A DNA stretch of 64,000 nucleotides from an uncultured Candidatus Saccharibacteria bacterium (GTDB lineage: Bacteria > Patescibacteriota > Minisyncoccia > Phycocordibacterales > CAIRYW01), in contig CAYORS010000001.1 of NCBI GenBank assembly GCA_964406475.1, positions 35,881 through 99,880 on the forward strand. The letters run 5' to 3'. The first letter of the stretch is position 1; the number at the start of each line of letters is the position of its first letter. A model generated the notes under the pieces. It saw only the letters and a program-made list of their open reading frames with translations, ran no database searches and was not told the DNA's origin. Positions 55,354-64,000 of the stretch are shown here, one piece after another. Made by a program: the position numbers and the translations under genes.

Positions 55354-56025
55354 ATGTCAAAACCGATACAAATAGAAAAATCATGGTTCTCTGTTTTGAA
55401 AGACGAATTTTCTAAAGATTATTTTGTTTCATTGAGAGATTTTGTATATCGAGAATATAAGGAATCGATTATTTGCCCCTCACCAAAAAATATTTTTAAA
55501 GCGTTTGATATGTGTCCTTTTGACAAGGTGAAGGTGGTGCTTGTGGGGCAAGATCCTTATCACGGCAAAGACCAAGCGACAGGGCTTTCTTTTTCGGTAC
55601 AAGAGCAGACACTTCTCCCACCATCACTCAAGAATATTTTTAAAGAAATACATGATGATGTGGGAATCAAGACTTTTGCTCATGGAGATCTTTCTCGGTG
55701 GGCAGAGCAGGGGGTGTTACTTTTAAACGCGACACTCACCGTTTCTTTAAACGCACCTGGCTCTCACCAAAAAAGGGGATGGGAAGAATTTACTGACAGT
55801 GTCATTGAAGCATTAAACAACAAAAGGGAAAACCTTGTTTTTATTCTGTGGGGTAATTATGCAAAAAACAAAGGTAAATCAATCGATCGAACAAAGCATT
55901 GTGTCATAGAATCTCCACATCCTTCACCTTTTTCTGCACACAATGGCTTTTTTGGTTCAAAACCTTTTAGTAAGACAAATGAATATTTAAAATCTAAAGG
56001 AATAGGGGAAATAGACTGGAGTTGA
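55354..56025 (+). CDS. ung: Uracil-DNA glycosylase (family 1)
   Basis: Motifs VVLVGQDPYHG and HPSPFSAHNGF. Start at the internal Met. Confidence 0.85.
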   Translation: MSKPIQIEKSWFSVLKDEFSKDYFVSLRDFVYREYKESIICPSPKNIFKAFDMCPFDKVKVVLVGQDPYHGKDQATGLSFSVQEQTLLPPSLKNIFKEIHDDVGIKTFAHGDLSRWAEQGVLLLNATLTVSLNAPGSHQKRGWEEFTDSVIEALNNKRENLVFILWGNYAKNKGKSIDRTKHCVIESPHPSPFSAHNGFFGSKPFSKTNEYLKSKGIGEIDWS

Positions 56026-56054
56026 CTTATTTCTCATTCTGACTAACATTTTAT

Positions 56055-56705
56055 GTGGATGTTTCAATACGAAACTCTCTCATAGTATCGAGAATAGATA
56101 CTTTCCTTGTTCGTTTTATGCACATACTCATTCCTCTGCTCGGTTTTGTGTTTACCATAGTTTTCTGGGGAGAGAAACAAAAGCTTCTTTTTCTACTCAG
56201 AATTATTTATGCCTTTATGGTTCTCAGTCCACTTGCAATTGTGTATCCAGTTTGGTCAAATGACAAATCGGTGGTCACCATCGAAAATGGTAAAGTAGCT
56301 TACCACCCTTTTGGGTATCCGAGGTGGTGTAAACCTTATTCAGTGTCTTCTGATGGAACTTTGTCCACAAAGGTTAATTCGATTGCAATCGGTGCGACTG
56401 ACCACAACATTGTTGGGAAGGCTATCTGTGAAGTGTTGGTTGAATTTGATATTTTAACTTACTGCACTAAGTATGCAAAAGCATCATACATTTGGGATTA
56501 TAAGCTCAAAGAATGGTGTGAGGAGCATAATGTGAGTGGATGGCAGATACTCAAAGAATGGGTGCAGATGGGGATGACCGAAGAGTCAAAACCACTGCTC
56601 ATTCAAAAGCATTTCTCTTTTTTGAAAGCATTGGGTGCTAACCCCACCATTGTTCTCAGATTTGATCCTACAATTGATGTGGGTGAGAGAGCTACAATCC
56701 GATAA
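56055..56705 (+). CDS. Hypothetical membrane protein
   Basis: Two N-terminal hydrophobic helices. No motif. Confidence 0.45.
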   Translation: MDVSIRNSLIVSRIDTFLVRFMHILIPLLGFVFTIVFWGEKQKLLFLLRIIYAFMVLSPLAIVYPVWSNDKSVVTIENGKVAYHPFGYPRWCKPYSVSSDGTLSTKVNSIAIGATDHNIVGKAICEVLVEFDILTYCTKYAKASYIWDYKLKEWCEEHNVSGWQILKEWVQMGMTEESKPLLIQKHFSFLKALGANPTIVLRFDPTIDVGERATIR

Positions 56706-56737
56706 TTGGTTTATCCAATATCGGTTTTTTTATTCTT

Positions 56738-56761
56738 AAATCTGCAAGGGCAGCCTTGCAG
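56738..56761. repeat. Short palindromic repeat copy 1 (aaat-ctgcaagg-gcag-ccttgcag)
   Basis: 8-bp perfect stem. The family recurs at 57861, 59869 and 60291, each at a gene boundary. Confidence 0.5.
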
Positions 56762-56771
56762 CATCACGTTT

Positions 56772-57050
56772 TCATTTGTTTCTGTATTTAATAATGTAGT
56801 GAATATAAATTATCAGAATGAGCAACAGGAGAGCTTGTCCTGAAAAAAGAAAGATATCATGAATGCCATAAAATTTAACAAGAAGAATAAGTCCTCCAAG
56901 TAAGCGAATGATTGTTCCACGCAAAGATACGTCCTCTGAAGATTTGATTCGTTGGATTTCTTGTATCTCGAGCACCAAATCAACACAAAACGCACAGAAG
57001 GCAACTATAGTGCCATAATTGACGATCAAATTTAGGATCTCTTTATGCAT
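56772..57050 (-). CDS. Small membrane protein, hypothetical
   Basis: 92 aa, 2-3 hydrophobic helices. Confidence 0.35.
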   Translation of the reverse strand: MHKEILNLIVNYGTIVAFCAFCVDLVLEIQEIQRIKSSEDVSLRGTIIRLLGGLILLVKFYGIHDIFLFSGQALLLLILIIYIHYIIKYRNK

Positions 57051-57071
57051 AAAACCATTGTATCATAAGGA

Positions 57072-57809
57072 TCAAAAGACGTGGGCGATTGGGTTACAAT
57101 CCGATAATTGATTTTTTAATTCCTGAAGCCGTTTATTAAATAATTCTTTGTCTTTGTATACATCATCTGCAATATAATATTTTTCATCCTCCTGTAATTT
57201 ATCCAACTTTTCCAAACCTTTTAATTTTTTATACTCTTTATTGAAAGTGGCGTTAAAGTACCAAAAGGCTTCTTTTCTGATATCTAGATCAGTATCTAGC
57301 AGGGCAATCAAGAGTAATTCAAAAGATTCTTTCGGTTTTAAACTATAATCGTTTTCTGTAGATACAAAAGTGAGCCCGAGGATCTCCATTTTTCCACTTG
57401 AGAGGTGATTCGGAGTAGTAGGATCTGAATCTACTGTACCCAAAATTGTTTTACAAAATGTAATATACGAATCCAATTCATCCCATTTATACAACACGAA
57501 TCCAACACGAACCTTCACATCTAATCTTATAGCAGATTCAAAGCATTTTTTAAAAACAGGGATAAGGTCTTTTAAATCAAATCTGAAAGCAAGATAGGGT
57601 AATTGCGAACCTTCGCATTTAGAAAGGTATATATTTTGAATTGTAATTTTCTTTGCGACCTCAAGCTCCTCACCATGCAGTTTTAAAGGAAGGCTCAAGT
57701 CATGTTCTCCACGAGCAACATACATATAGTCTTCAAAGTACTGTGTAATAAAAGCAGAAAATTCTGGACTTGGGTTTGTAATTGTGTTTTTTAAACTAGT
57801 GTCGTACAT
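57072..57809 (-). CDS. Hypothetical protein
   Basis: 245-aa ORF flanked on both sides by the short palindromic repeat. Confidence 0.5.
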   Translation of the reverse strand: MYDTSLKNTITNPSPEFSAFITQYFEDYMYVARGEHDLSLPLKLHGEELEVAKKITIQNIYLSKCEGSQLPYLAFRFDLKDLIPVFKKCFESAIRLDVKVRVGFVLYKWDELDSYITFCKTILGTVDSDPTTPNHLSSGKMEILGLTFVSTENDYSLKPKESFELLLIALLDTDLDIRKEAFWYFNATFNKEYKKLKGLEKLDKLQEDEKYYIADDVYKDKELFNKRLQELKNQLSDCNPIAHVF

Positions 57810-57860
57810 ATTTGACTCTTGGGTTGTTGTGAGTATATCACATAAATTTATTAAAAATTA

Positions 57861-57885
57861 AAATCTGCAAGGGTGGTCCTTGCAG
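57861..57885. repeat. Short palindromic repeat copy 2 (aaat-ctgcaagg-gtggt-ccttgcag)
   Basis: Same stem as copy 1 with a different loop. Confidence 0.5.
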
Positions 57886-57929
57886 GATAGATTAGGTATG
57901 GTTGCTAGATTATACCCCCCAGGGGTATA

Positions 57930-58205
57930 ATGAGATGTATGCGTACAGACATCAAACACAAAACAACAAGACGACTCAAAATCATTGAAGGACAAATTCG
58001 TGGTTTACAAAAAATGGTTGACGAAGAAAAATATTGTATTGATATTATTATTCAAACTTCTGCAATCAAAGAAGCTCTGTCTGGGGTTGAGGACCTTATT
58101 CTTGAAAACCACCTCACAACACACATAGTCGAAAAAATAAAAGAGGGTAAGGCAGTGTCTGCTACAAAAGAAATTTTAAAAGTATATAAATTAAAACAAA
58201 AATGA
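57930..58205 (+). CDS. csoR: CsoR/RcnR-family metal-sensing transcriptional repressor
   Basis: KRLKIIEGQIRGLQKMVDEEKYCIDIIIQTSAIKEALSGVEDLILENHL, with the conserved Cys in the YCID segment. Confidence 0.75.
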   Translation: MRCMRTDIKHKTTRRLKIIEGQIRGLQKMVDEEKYCIDIIIQTSAIKEALSGVEDLILENHLTTHIVEKIKEGKAVSATKEILKVYKLKQK

Positions 58206-59866
58206 AAATAAATAAATTTTATATTTTGCTTTTGGTTGTGGTTTTAAGCATCATAGCATTTTTGAGTTATTGGTTTTTTGCTTTACCTATCGCAAGCAAG
58301 TCTTCGGTAGTAAGCCTTAAAACCGGTGATACCTATAATCTTGAAGCCTCATACGTCACAAAACAAATTAACGGCAAAGATCAAAAAATGCTTGCTTACA
58401 ATGGCTCAATTCCTGGTCCAACCATAGAGGTAGAGCAAGGATCAGAGATTACTATTCATTTTGTAAATAACACTGATATGCCTGAGCTTTTGCATTCTCA
58501 TGGAGTGAGAATGGATAATGCTTTTGATGGATCTCATCTTGTTCAAAAAGAAGTAGAACCAGGAGAGTCTTTTGATTATGTTTTGAAGTTTCCTGATGCT
58601 GGAGTGTATTGGTATCATCCTCACATAAACGAAGTTTATGGTCAGGCACGGGGTCTTTATGGTGCATTCATTGTTAAACCAAAAGACAAAAACTATTTTC
58701 CTCCTGTCAACAGACAGGTGCCTCTGATTTTGTCTGATGTTTTGGTTGCCAATGGAAAAATGAGTATTCAAAAAAACACTTCAGACAGTACGCTTATGGG
58801 TCACTATGGAAATGTAATGCTTACTAACGGAGATGAGGACTATACTCTTACAGGCACATCGGGCGAAGTTGTGCGCTTTTATGTGATTAATGCATCAAAT
58901 GCACGACCCTATAATTTTGTGATCAATAATGCAAAGATGAAACTTGTAGGAGGTGATAGTGGTGCATATGAAAAATCCACATACGTGGATTCTATCGTGC
59001 TCGGTCCATCAGAGAGAGCGATTGTTGATGTGTTGTTTGATAAGGAGGGTGCATATAATATCGTGAACAAAACGCCAGACAGGGAGTATATACTCGGTAA
59101 GGTGGTGATTGAAACCGGCAACATTTTAGTCTCTTACAAAAACGAGTTTAATACTCTCCAAATCAACAAAGATACAATCGCAAGTATTGATCCGTTTAGG
59201 CAATATTTTGATAAAAACCCAGACAAAAAAATTTCACTTATTGTAGATATGATGGGGAATATGCGTATGGACAAAAGTATGATGCATACTCATCGTTCAG
59301 ACAATGCTCGCACAAATGACAGTAAAACAGTGAACCTTATGGGAATGAATATGACGATAGAACAGGCGATTGAACATTGTACGTCAATGCCTCAAATGGC
59401 TGGATGTGAACCATATTTAAATAATGATGATAATCAAACTTTGGTTCCTCAAAACACAAAAGAAAGTGATGGTATTGAATGGGAAGATTCTATGCAGATG
59501 ATGAATCAGATGTCTTCAGATAAAAATGTGCAGTGGAAAATTATAGATGATGCAACGGGAAAAACAAATATGAATATTGATTGGACTTTCAAAAAAGGTG
59601 AGCCTGTAAAAATTAGAATATTCAATGATTCCAAATCAATGCATCCAATGCAGCACCCAATACATTTTCACGGGCAAAGGTTTCTTGTTGTTGCAAGAGA
59701 CGGTGTATTGCAAACCAATCTTGTGTGGAAGGATACGGTGATGGTCAAAGCAGGAGAGACTGTTGATATTATTCTTGATCCATCAAATCCTGGTCAGTGG
59801 ATGGCGCATTGTCATATTGCTGAACATCTAAGTAATGGAATGATGTTTGGCTTTAAGGTAGAGTAG
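58202..59866 (+). CDS. Multicopper oxidase (CueO/laccase-like) with N-terminal TM anchor
   Basis: Copper-binding motifs HSHGV, WYHPH, HPIHFHG, HCHIAEH. Confidence 0.8.
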   Translation: MKINKFYILLLVVVLSIIAFLSYWFFALPIASKSSVVSLKTGDTYNLEASYVTKQINGKDQKMLAYNGSIPGPTIEVEQGSEITIHFVNNTDMPELLHSHGVRMDNAFDGSHLVQKEVEPGESFDYVLKFPDAGVYWYHPHINEVYGQARGLYGAFIVKPKDKNYFPPVNRQVPLILSDVLVANGKMSIQKNTSDSTLMGHYGNVMLTNGDEDYTLTGTSGEVVRFYVINASNARPYNFVINNAKMKLVGGDSGAYEKSTYVDSIVLGPSERAIVDVLFDKEGAYNIVNKTPDREYILGKVVIETGNILVSYKNEFNTLQINKDTIASIDPFRQYFDKNPDKKISLIVDMMGNMRMDKSMMHTHRSDNARTNDSKTVNLMGMNMTIEQAIEHCTSMPQMAGCEPYLNNDDNQTLVPQNTKESDGIEWEDSMQMMNQMSSDKNVQWKIIDDATGKTNMNIDWTFKKGEPVKIRIFNDSKSMHPMQHPIHFHGQRFLVVARDGVLQTNLVWKDTVMVKAGETVDIILDPSNPGQWMAHCHIAEHLSNGMMFGFKVE

Positions 59867-59868
59867 TT

Positions 59869-59891
59869 CTTTGTAAGGGTGGTCCTTGCGG
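59869..59891. repeat. Short palindromic repeat copy 3 (ctttgtaagg-gtggt-ccttgcggag; stem kept via G-U pairs)
   Basis: Same gtggt loop as copy 2. Stem changes are pairing-compatible. Confidence 0.45.
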
Positions 59892-59977
59892 AGACAGAGA
59901 CAAATTACGATTTTCAATCTATCTAGGTTTTGTTGTGGACCAATTCAAAATATCTCTGTTATACTTAATGTAATACT

Positions 59978-60277
59978 ATGATAAAACATGATTTAGCTAT
60001 AATTAGAAAGGCGATTAGTGCTGTATCTAAAGAAGCTACACAGTTTAAGAATGACCAAGCTTTAACATCTGTTCTCGCTCAGCTCCGTTATATCGAGGGG
60101 GTTATAAGCGGAGCTGAGTTCGATCTGAGCAAACTTTCTCGTCTGGCGATTGGTGTTACAGCAGTAAAGATGCTTGCTCAAGAATACCCTCATCTTGTTG
60201 ATGTACTTATGGATGCTGATTGTGTAAGTAAAAAGTATATAAAAGTCTATCAACTAACCCATAAGAGTAATAAATAA
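59978..60277 (+). CDS. Hypothetical protein
   Basis: 99-aa ORF between repeat copies 3 and 4. Confidence 0.4.
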   Translation: MIKHDLAIIRKAISAVSKEATQFKNDQALTSVLAQLRYIEGVISGAEFDLSKLSRLAIGVTAVKMLAQEYPHLVDVLMDADCVSKKYIKVYQLTHKSNK

Positions 60278-60290
60278 TAAATCATTCTTT

Positions 60291-60317
60291 AAATCCCCAA
60301 GGGCTGCTCTTGTGGAG
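60291..60317. repeat. Short palindromic repeat copy 4 (degenerate: aaatccccaagggctgctcttgtggag)
   Basis: Shares the aaatc...caaggg...cttg core. Stem partly decayed. Confidence 0.35.
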
Positions 60318-60422
60318 TAAAGTATTATTTCTTTCATATATATAACTGTATGTAATTTGTAATACAGTAAGTATAGTATCGAATCAACTAATTTACATAC
60401 GCCTATTGCTCAATTTTTTATA

Positions 60423-61256
60423 TTAAAAAATTACCTTTTTGAACTGTGTGCAGATATTTTGGAATGAATTATCTGAGAACATTTCTTTAATAAACCCATT
60501 CTTATTCTTCAAAATTTTATTTCTATCCTCATCTGTCATACCACCCTTTCCGTTGATGTATAACACAAAGATATTGTCTGTTTTGAATTCATCAATCATT
60601 TTTTCTGTATTTTCAAAACAATCCGCTACAGATTTAAAACTAGTTGTATTCTCAGACTGAGATATACCTAATAGTATATGTCCATAATCCCCAAAACCAA
60701 GAAAGTTTGCAGGAATAGTGAACAACACCTGAAGACTATTGCAATCATTACCTTCTGTATCGAGGGTAGAAATTTCCAACACAACAGGCACCTGATTAAA
60801 GAATGTAATCGTCTTAAATTTAACAATTTTCTGAAGACCTTTATTATACACAAGCTCTATAGCTTGAAACTGTTTTGCTTCCTTTCTCTTAAGTATGCAC
60901 GTAAATACTTCTGGTTTGTTATTTGAAAATTTTCCTATCTCAATACCAACATAATCACCATCGGATACAAGCCCGTTCTCAACTATTGATTTCTTTATTG
61001 AAATAATCCTTTGCAAATGTTCTGCATCAATCAAATCAGGAATTTCATCTTTCTTTATATTCCTCTTTGCTGGGTCACAAAGCGAGATTGGTGTAGCTAA
61101 GTATGCAATATCAAACTCACCGCGATTAGTGAAGTCTGCATCCGGATTTAAAGCAAAAAGCGAATCAATATCTTGATACTGATCTTTTGTTTCATGTTCA
61201 ATTACAATAAAATTTACTATTTTAGCAATATATTTCATAGTGCAATTATAAACCAA
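60423..61256 (-). CDS. Hypothetical protein
   Basis: 277-aa ORF. No motif. Confidence 0.5.
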   Translation of the reverse strand: MVYNCTMKYIAKIVNFIVIEHETKDQYQDIDSLFALNPDADFTNRGEFDIAYLATPISLCDPAKRNIKKDEIPDLIDAEHLQRIISIKKSIVENGLVSDGDYVGIEIGKFSNNKPEVFTCILKRKEAKQFQAIELVYNKGLQKIVKFKTITFFNQVPVVLEISTLDTEGNDCNSLQVLFTIPANFLGFGDYGHILLGISQSENTTSFKSVADCFENTEKMIDEFKTDNIFVLYINGKGGMTDEDRNKILKNKNGFIKEMFSDNSFQNICTQFKKVIF

Positions 61257-61461
61257 AAAAACTCTTTATCAATCAAATACTGTTTAGTTTATTTGAGAGC
61301 AGATTTTGACTCAACTTCCCGATATAATTCAAATGCATCAACACTACTTCATAATTGACTTATACGCGGTTTTACCATCGAACAGTACTTTTATATAAGA
61401 ATTATCCGGAATAGCATATTTACTATCTTTTGTTGAATAATATTTTTCTGTAGTGTGATAA

Positions 61462-62145
61462 AAATTGTACCCTTCACTGTCTTTGGTAACTTTCTCAATT
61501 ACAAATGAAAAGTTTCTTCTAATGATCCTTGGTTCACAAGCAAAGCTTGAAAATGATAACAGAGGAATTAATGTGAAGAGGGGGCTTCGAACTCGAGTTG
61601 AAACGGGATTGTAGCCTGGAGTCGCACCTGTTGGATACTTGAATGAAAAGCATATGGATAGGAAATGTCAGGTGAGATTAGATCTGGATAGGGCACCAAT
61701 AGTTAAAAAGATTTTTGAGAAGATGGGGTACGAGAAGTGGTCAGGTAGGAAAATATATCACTGGCTTAAATTCGAACTTAATTTCAAGACGGTGGGGAAT
61801 CACAATCTTGCACTGGGCAATATATACAGAATGCTCCAGTGTGCTTTCTACACAGGAACATTTGAATATCCAAAGGGAAGTGGAAATTTTTATCTAGGTA
61901 AACATGAACCAATTGTTGATAAAGAACTGTTTGCAAAAGTTCAGGAACAATTAAAGAGAGATAATATACAAAGAGAAAACAAAGAATTCGCATTCACTAA
62001 ATTATTTACATGTGGATACTGTGGAAGTGGAATATCGGCAGAAGAAAAATGGAAACAATTAAAAGATGGTACTCACACAAAATATATTTATTGTGGTTGT
62101 TCAAGCAACTGTAAGGGCCGCTCCTGCTGGTTTACGGACTATTAG
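61462..62145 (+). pseudogene. Remnant of a large serine recombinase (Recombinase domain plus zinc-ribbon only)
   Basis: The catalytic resolvase domain is absent. Translation ...PVGYLNEKHMDRK...APIVKKIFEKM...LALGNIYRMLQCAFYTGTFEYP...HEPIVDKELFAKVQEQLKR...FTCGYCGSGIS...YIYCGCSS matches the Recombinase plus Zn_ribbon_recom regions of phage-type serine integrases. The frame is interrupted by an in-frame TAG at 61612-61614. The ORF-track start at 61639 is a TTG. Confidence 0.6.
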
Positions 62146-62170
62146 GTTGTGTTGATGTATAATATAAACT

Positions 62171-62989
62171 ATGACTAAATATATTATTCTCAGTTCTATT
62201 ATTTTACTCGGGACTTTGTGGTTTGTGTTAAATATGCTTGGAAGGCGCAATGTCATAGATTTGCAAAACGAGCCTAGAGATATTGATGTACAGGCATCAA
62301 GCAAGCTTGATGGTGGCGAGGTGACACTTGGTGCACAATTTGTAATTCCCGAAGATAAATATATAACGGTAACATCTGCTGATGGGGGCCCGCTTTTTAA
62401 GATTCAGAAAACACAAAACCAAGTGCTGCTCGGATACATCAAACATCTCTACGATTTTCGTGATGCTGAAGAAAAGAGAAGTGGCAAAACATCGTTCAGG
62501 AGTACTTATGCTGGATACGATGTTGCTTCACTTATAGATCCTAAGTCAGATACCCCCTCTCCGCTCAAAGACTTTTTTATGAAAAATACTGTGGTGTTAC
62601 AATCCTCAGGGACTGGCGATCTTCCTATTGTGACGGTATTTTATATTGATGGTAATGCGTATGCTCTCTATTCTTCTCCAGAAGGGCCAAATGGAGAGAA
62701 TATTCAGTCTGGCAAATTCATTATTGTTAATTATACGAAAGAGATGTCGGAGAGGATTGGGGCCTCTGTTTCTGGTGTACAGAGTGCGGTGGTGGACTGG
62801 ACTGCAAGTGGCTATGAGCTTACATCTAGTGTGAATCCTCCAATCTACTATATTCAAAGAATATATCGCTCAACAAGCGAAAACAAGATCAAAGTATCAG
62901 TCAAAACATATTTAAAAAGCAAGAGTCAATATGAGCTCCAGATAGACCCTCAGACATTAAAAGTTGTTGATGTTGTGGAGCTTGAGTAG
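62171..62989 (+). CDS. N-terminally anchored or secreted hypothetical protein
   Basis: N-terminal hydrophobic segment MTKYIILSSIILLGTLWFVL. Confidence 0.5.
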   Translation: MTKYIILSSIILLGTLWFVLNMLGRRNVIDLQNEPRDIDVQASSKLDGGEVTLGAQFVIPEDKYITVTSADGGPLFKIQKTQNQVLLGYIKHLYDFRDAEEKRSGKTSFRSTYAGYDVASLIDPKSDTPSPLKDFFMKNTVVLQSSGTGDLPIVTVFYIDGNAYALYSSPEGPNGENIQSGKFIIVNYTKEMSERIGASVSGVQSAVVDWTASGYELTSSVNPPIYYIQRIYRSTSENKIKVSVKTYLKSKSQYELQIDPQTLKVVDVVELE

Positions 62990-63200
62990 GGAGTGGCGAG
63001 AGTTTCGACCTCGAAATTCTATATGCTGTTGCATATAGAATTTCTCTTCACTGGTTTTCGCTTCGCTTGTTACTACAAGCTCAATGCGAAAACCGTTCGA
63101 ATCTCACCCGTGTTTGCTTCGCAAACATTTCCTCTCGCAAAGTAAAAGTCCGCCCTATTAAGGCGGACTAAACTTTGCGGAGGCTCTCGAGTTCGGACTT
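62989..63200. repeat. Orphan copy (locus D) of the T-loop-plus-hairpin repeat module, not adjacent to a tRNA
   Basis: gaaaaccGTTCGAATCTCACCCgtg, then hairpin tgtttgc-ttc-gcaaaca, then nested hairpins cctctcgcaaagt...agtccgcc-ctattaa-ggcggact...actttgcggagg. Preceded by a 13-bp IR aaattctatatgc/gcatatagaattt. Confidence 0.4.
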
Positions 63201-63325
63201 TTTAGTTCATTGCATCACAAGGCTTTTCTAATGTTTTTTATAATATCACGACGAGGTATCTCGAGCATACAACTTTTCTTAAAAAAGTGACAAAAGTGAC
63301 AGTAGTTCGGTTTTAATTCCTTGAA

Positions 63326-63946
63326 TTAAATAAGTGTAATAAATTGAAGTATAAATCCGAGTACGAGTAAAATTGCTCCTATAACTCCCCACTTTCTTTG
63401 AGCAAGGCGATCCTGTACTTGAGGAAGTTTAAGTTTTTCTTCCTCAGTATCTCCGGACCATCTTGAAACTCCTAACCTTATCGCTTCAGCTTTAGAAATA
63501 AATAAACCCTTTGCAAATGCAATGCTCCCTAAAAAACTTAATACGATACCTGAAATATTTAGATAACGATCAATACCAACCAGAGAATAGGTGGACACAG
63601 TAAACATTTCAAATAAAGAAATCCAAGGAATTGTAGAAAACATTAGTGCAAGATATATAAGAATAAATATCTTTGGTACGTGAAGTTCAATATGACTAAA
63701 AGGCCAATAGACCTTTTTATCTTTACCTCTACCCAACATTTCCCATTCAGTATCGTACAGAGCCAATGGTAATCTCATCTCAATCGCATGTATCACTTTA
63801 AACTTTGCACTATTTAACCCTTTATATGAAGCAATAATTCTATACCATAGATAACAAATTGTTATTCCTGCTATCGCAGATAGACCTAGTATAAAACTGA
63901 TCTCCTGAGCATTAGCTCTAGTTGCAATAAAGCCGAGAAGTGTCAC
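63326..63946 (-). CDS. Polytopic membrane protein, hypothetical (possibly N-terminally truncated by the window end)
   Basis: 5-6 hydrophobic helices. No firm family call. Confidence 0.45.
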   Translation of the reverse strand: MTLLGFIATRANAQEISFILGLSAIAGITICYLWYRIIASYKGLNSAKFKVIHAIEMRLPLALYDTEWEMLGRGKDKKVYWPFSHIELHVPKIFILIYLALMFSTIPWISLFEMFTVSTYSLVGIDRYLNISGIVLSFLGSIAFAKGLFISKAEAIRLGVSRWSGDTEEEKLKLPQVQDRLAQRKWGVIGAILLVLGFILQFITLI

Positions 63947-64000
63947 AAGTCCAGTATTTAGACCTAGAAAAAATTCATTGGTTTTTTGTCTTCGGTCACT

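Noticed and set aside
56738-60317. CRISPR array or integron attC cassette array
   Set aside because: Repeats are ~24 bp hairpins separated by whole genes of 0.4-2 kb in mixed orientation. No cas genes, no intI, and attC sites are longer imperfect palindromes.
1-64000. Alternative genetic code (UGA recoded, as in Gracilibacteria and Absconditabacteria)
   Set aside because: Long housekeeping ORFs (pnp, polA, pcrA, PBP1A, virB4) are uninterrupted under the standard code. The only in-frame stop noticed (TAG at 61612) sits in an otherwise degraded recombinase fragment.

Overview
This is an AT-rich (roughly 35-40% GC by eye), gene-dense 64-kb chromosomal segment. Genetic code looks standard, since long ORFs are intact with UGA, UAG and UAA as stops. 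Small proteins, shortened core genes (658-aa UvrD/PcrA, 238-aa HolA-like, 174-aa YebC, short-form YidC) and many secreted or membrane hypotheticals fit a reduced-genome Patescibacteria/CPR-like (Saccharibacteria-like) bacterium. That assignment is inference from gene content only. The window contains the chromosomal origin region (rpmH-rnpA-yidC-jag divergent from dnaA-dnaN-DciA-like), with TTTTCCACA-type DnaA boxes in both flanking intergenic regions. It also holds housekeeping genes for repair and recombination (xth, a Xer-type recombinase, pcrA/uvrD, ruvA/B/C, polA, holA, fpg, ung, comM), RNA metabolism and translation (cca, pnp, rpsO, rpsT, rsmA, trmH-like, rluB-like, tsaE) and cell wall (class A PBP, LysM-M23 peptidase). 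A ~13-kb type IV secretion/pilus-like cluster (18.9-31.8 kb) carries a VirB6/TcpH-like giant membrane protein, a VirB3-like protein, an apparently split VirB4 and a VirB2-like pilin. There is also a solitary PilB/GspE ATPase. Four tRNAs are present: Gly-GCC, Arg-UCG, Lys-UUU and Arg-GCG. The most unusual feature is a family of structured repeat elements abutting tRNA 3' ends (0.3-0.67 kb, 48.3-48.77 kb, 53.2-53.4 kb, plus an orphan copy at ~63.0-63.2 kb). In each, the tRNA 3' end lies inside a 23-27-bp perfect palindrome, followed by an inverted partial copy of that same tRNA's T-arm and acceptor 3' strand, interrupted by a small hairpin. Further shared modules show compensatory base changes. 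The last ~10 kb (53-64 kb) looks like an accessory island: a Fic protein, csoR plus multicopper oxidase, short palindromic repeats punctuating cassettes, and a large serine recombinase remnant. All coordinates were derived by hand and may be off by a few nt.
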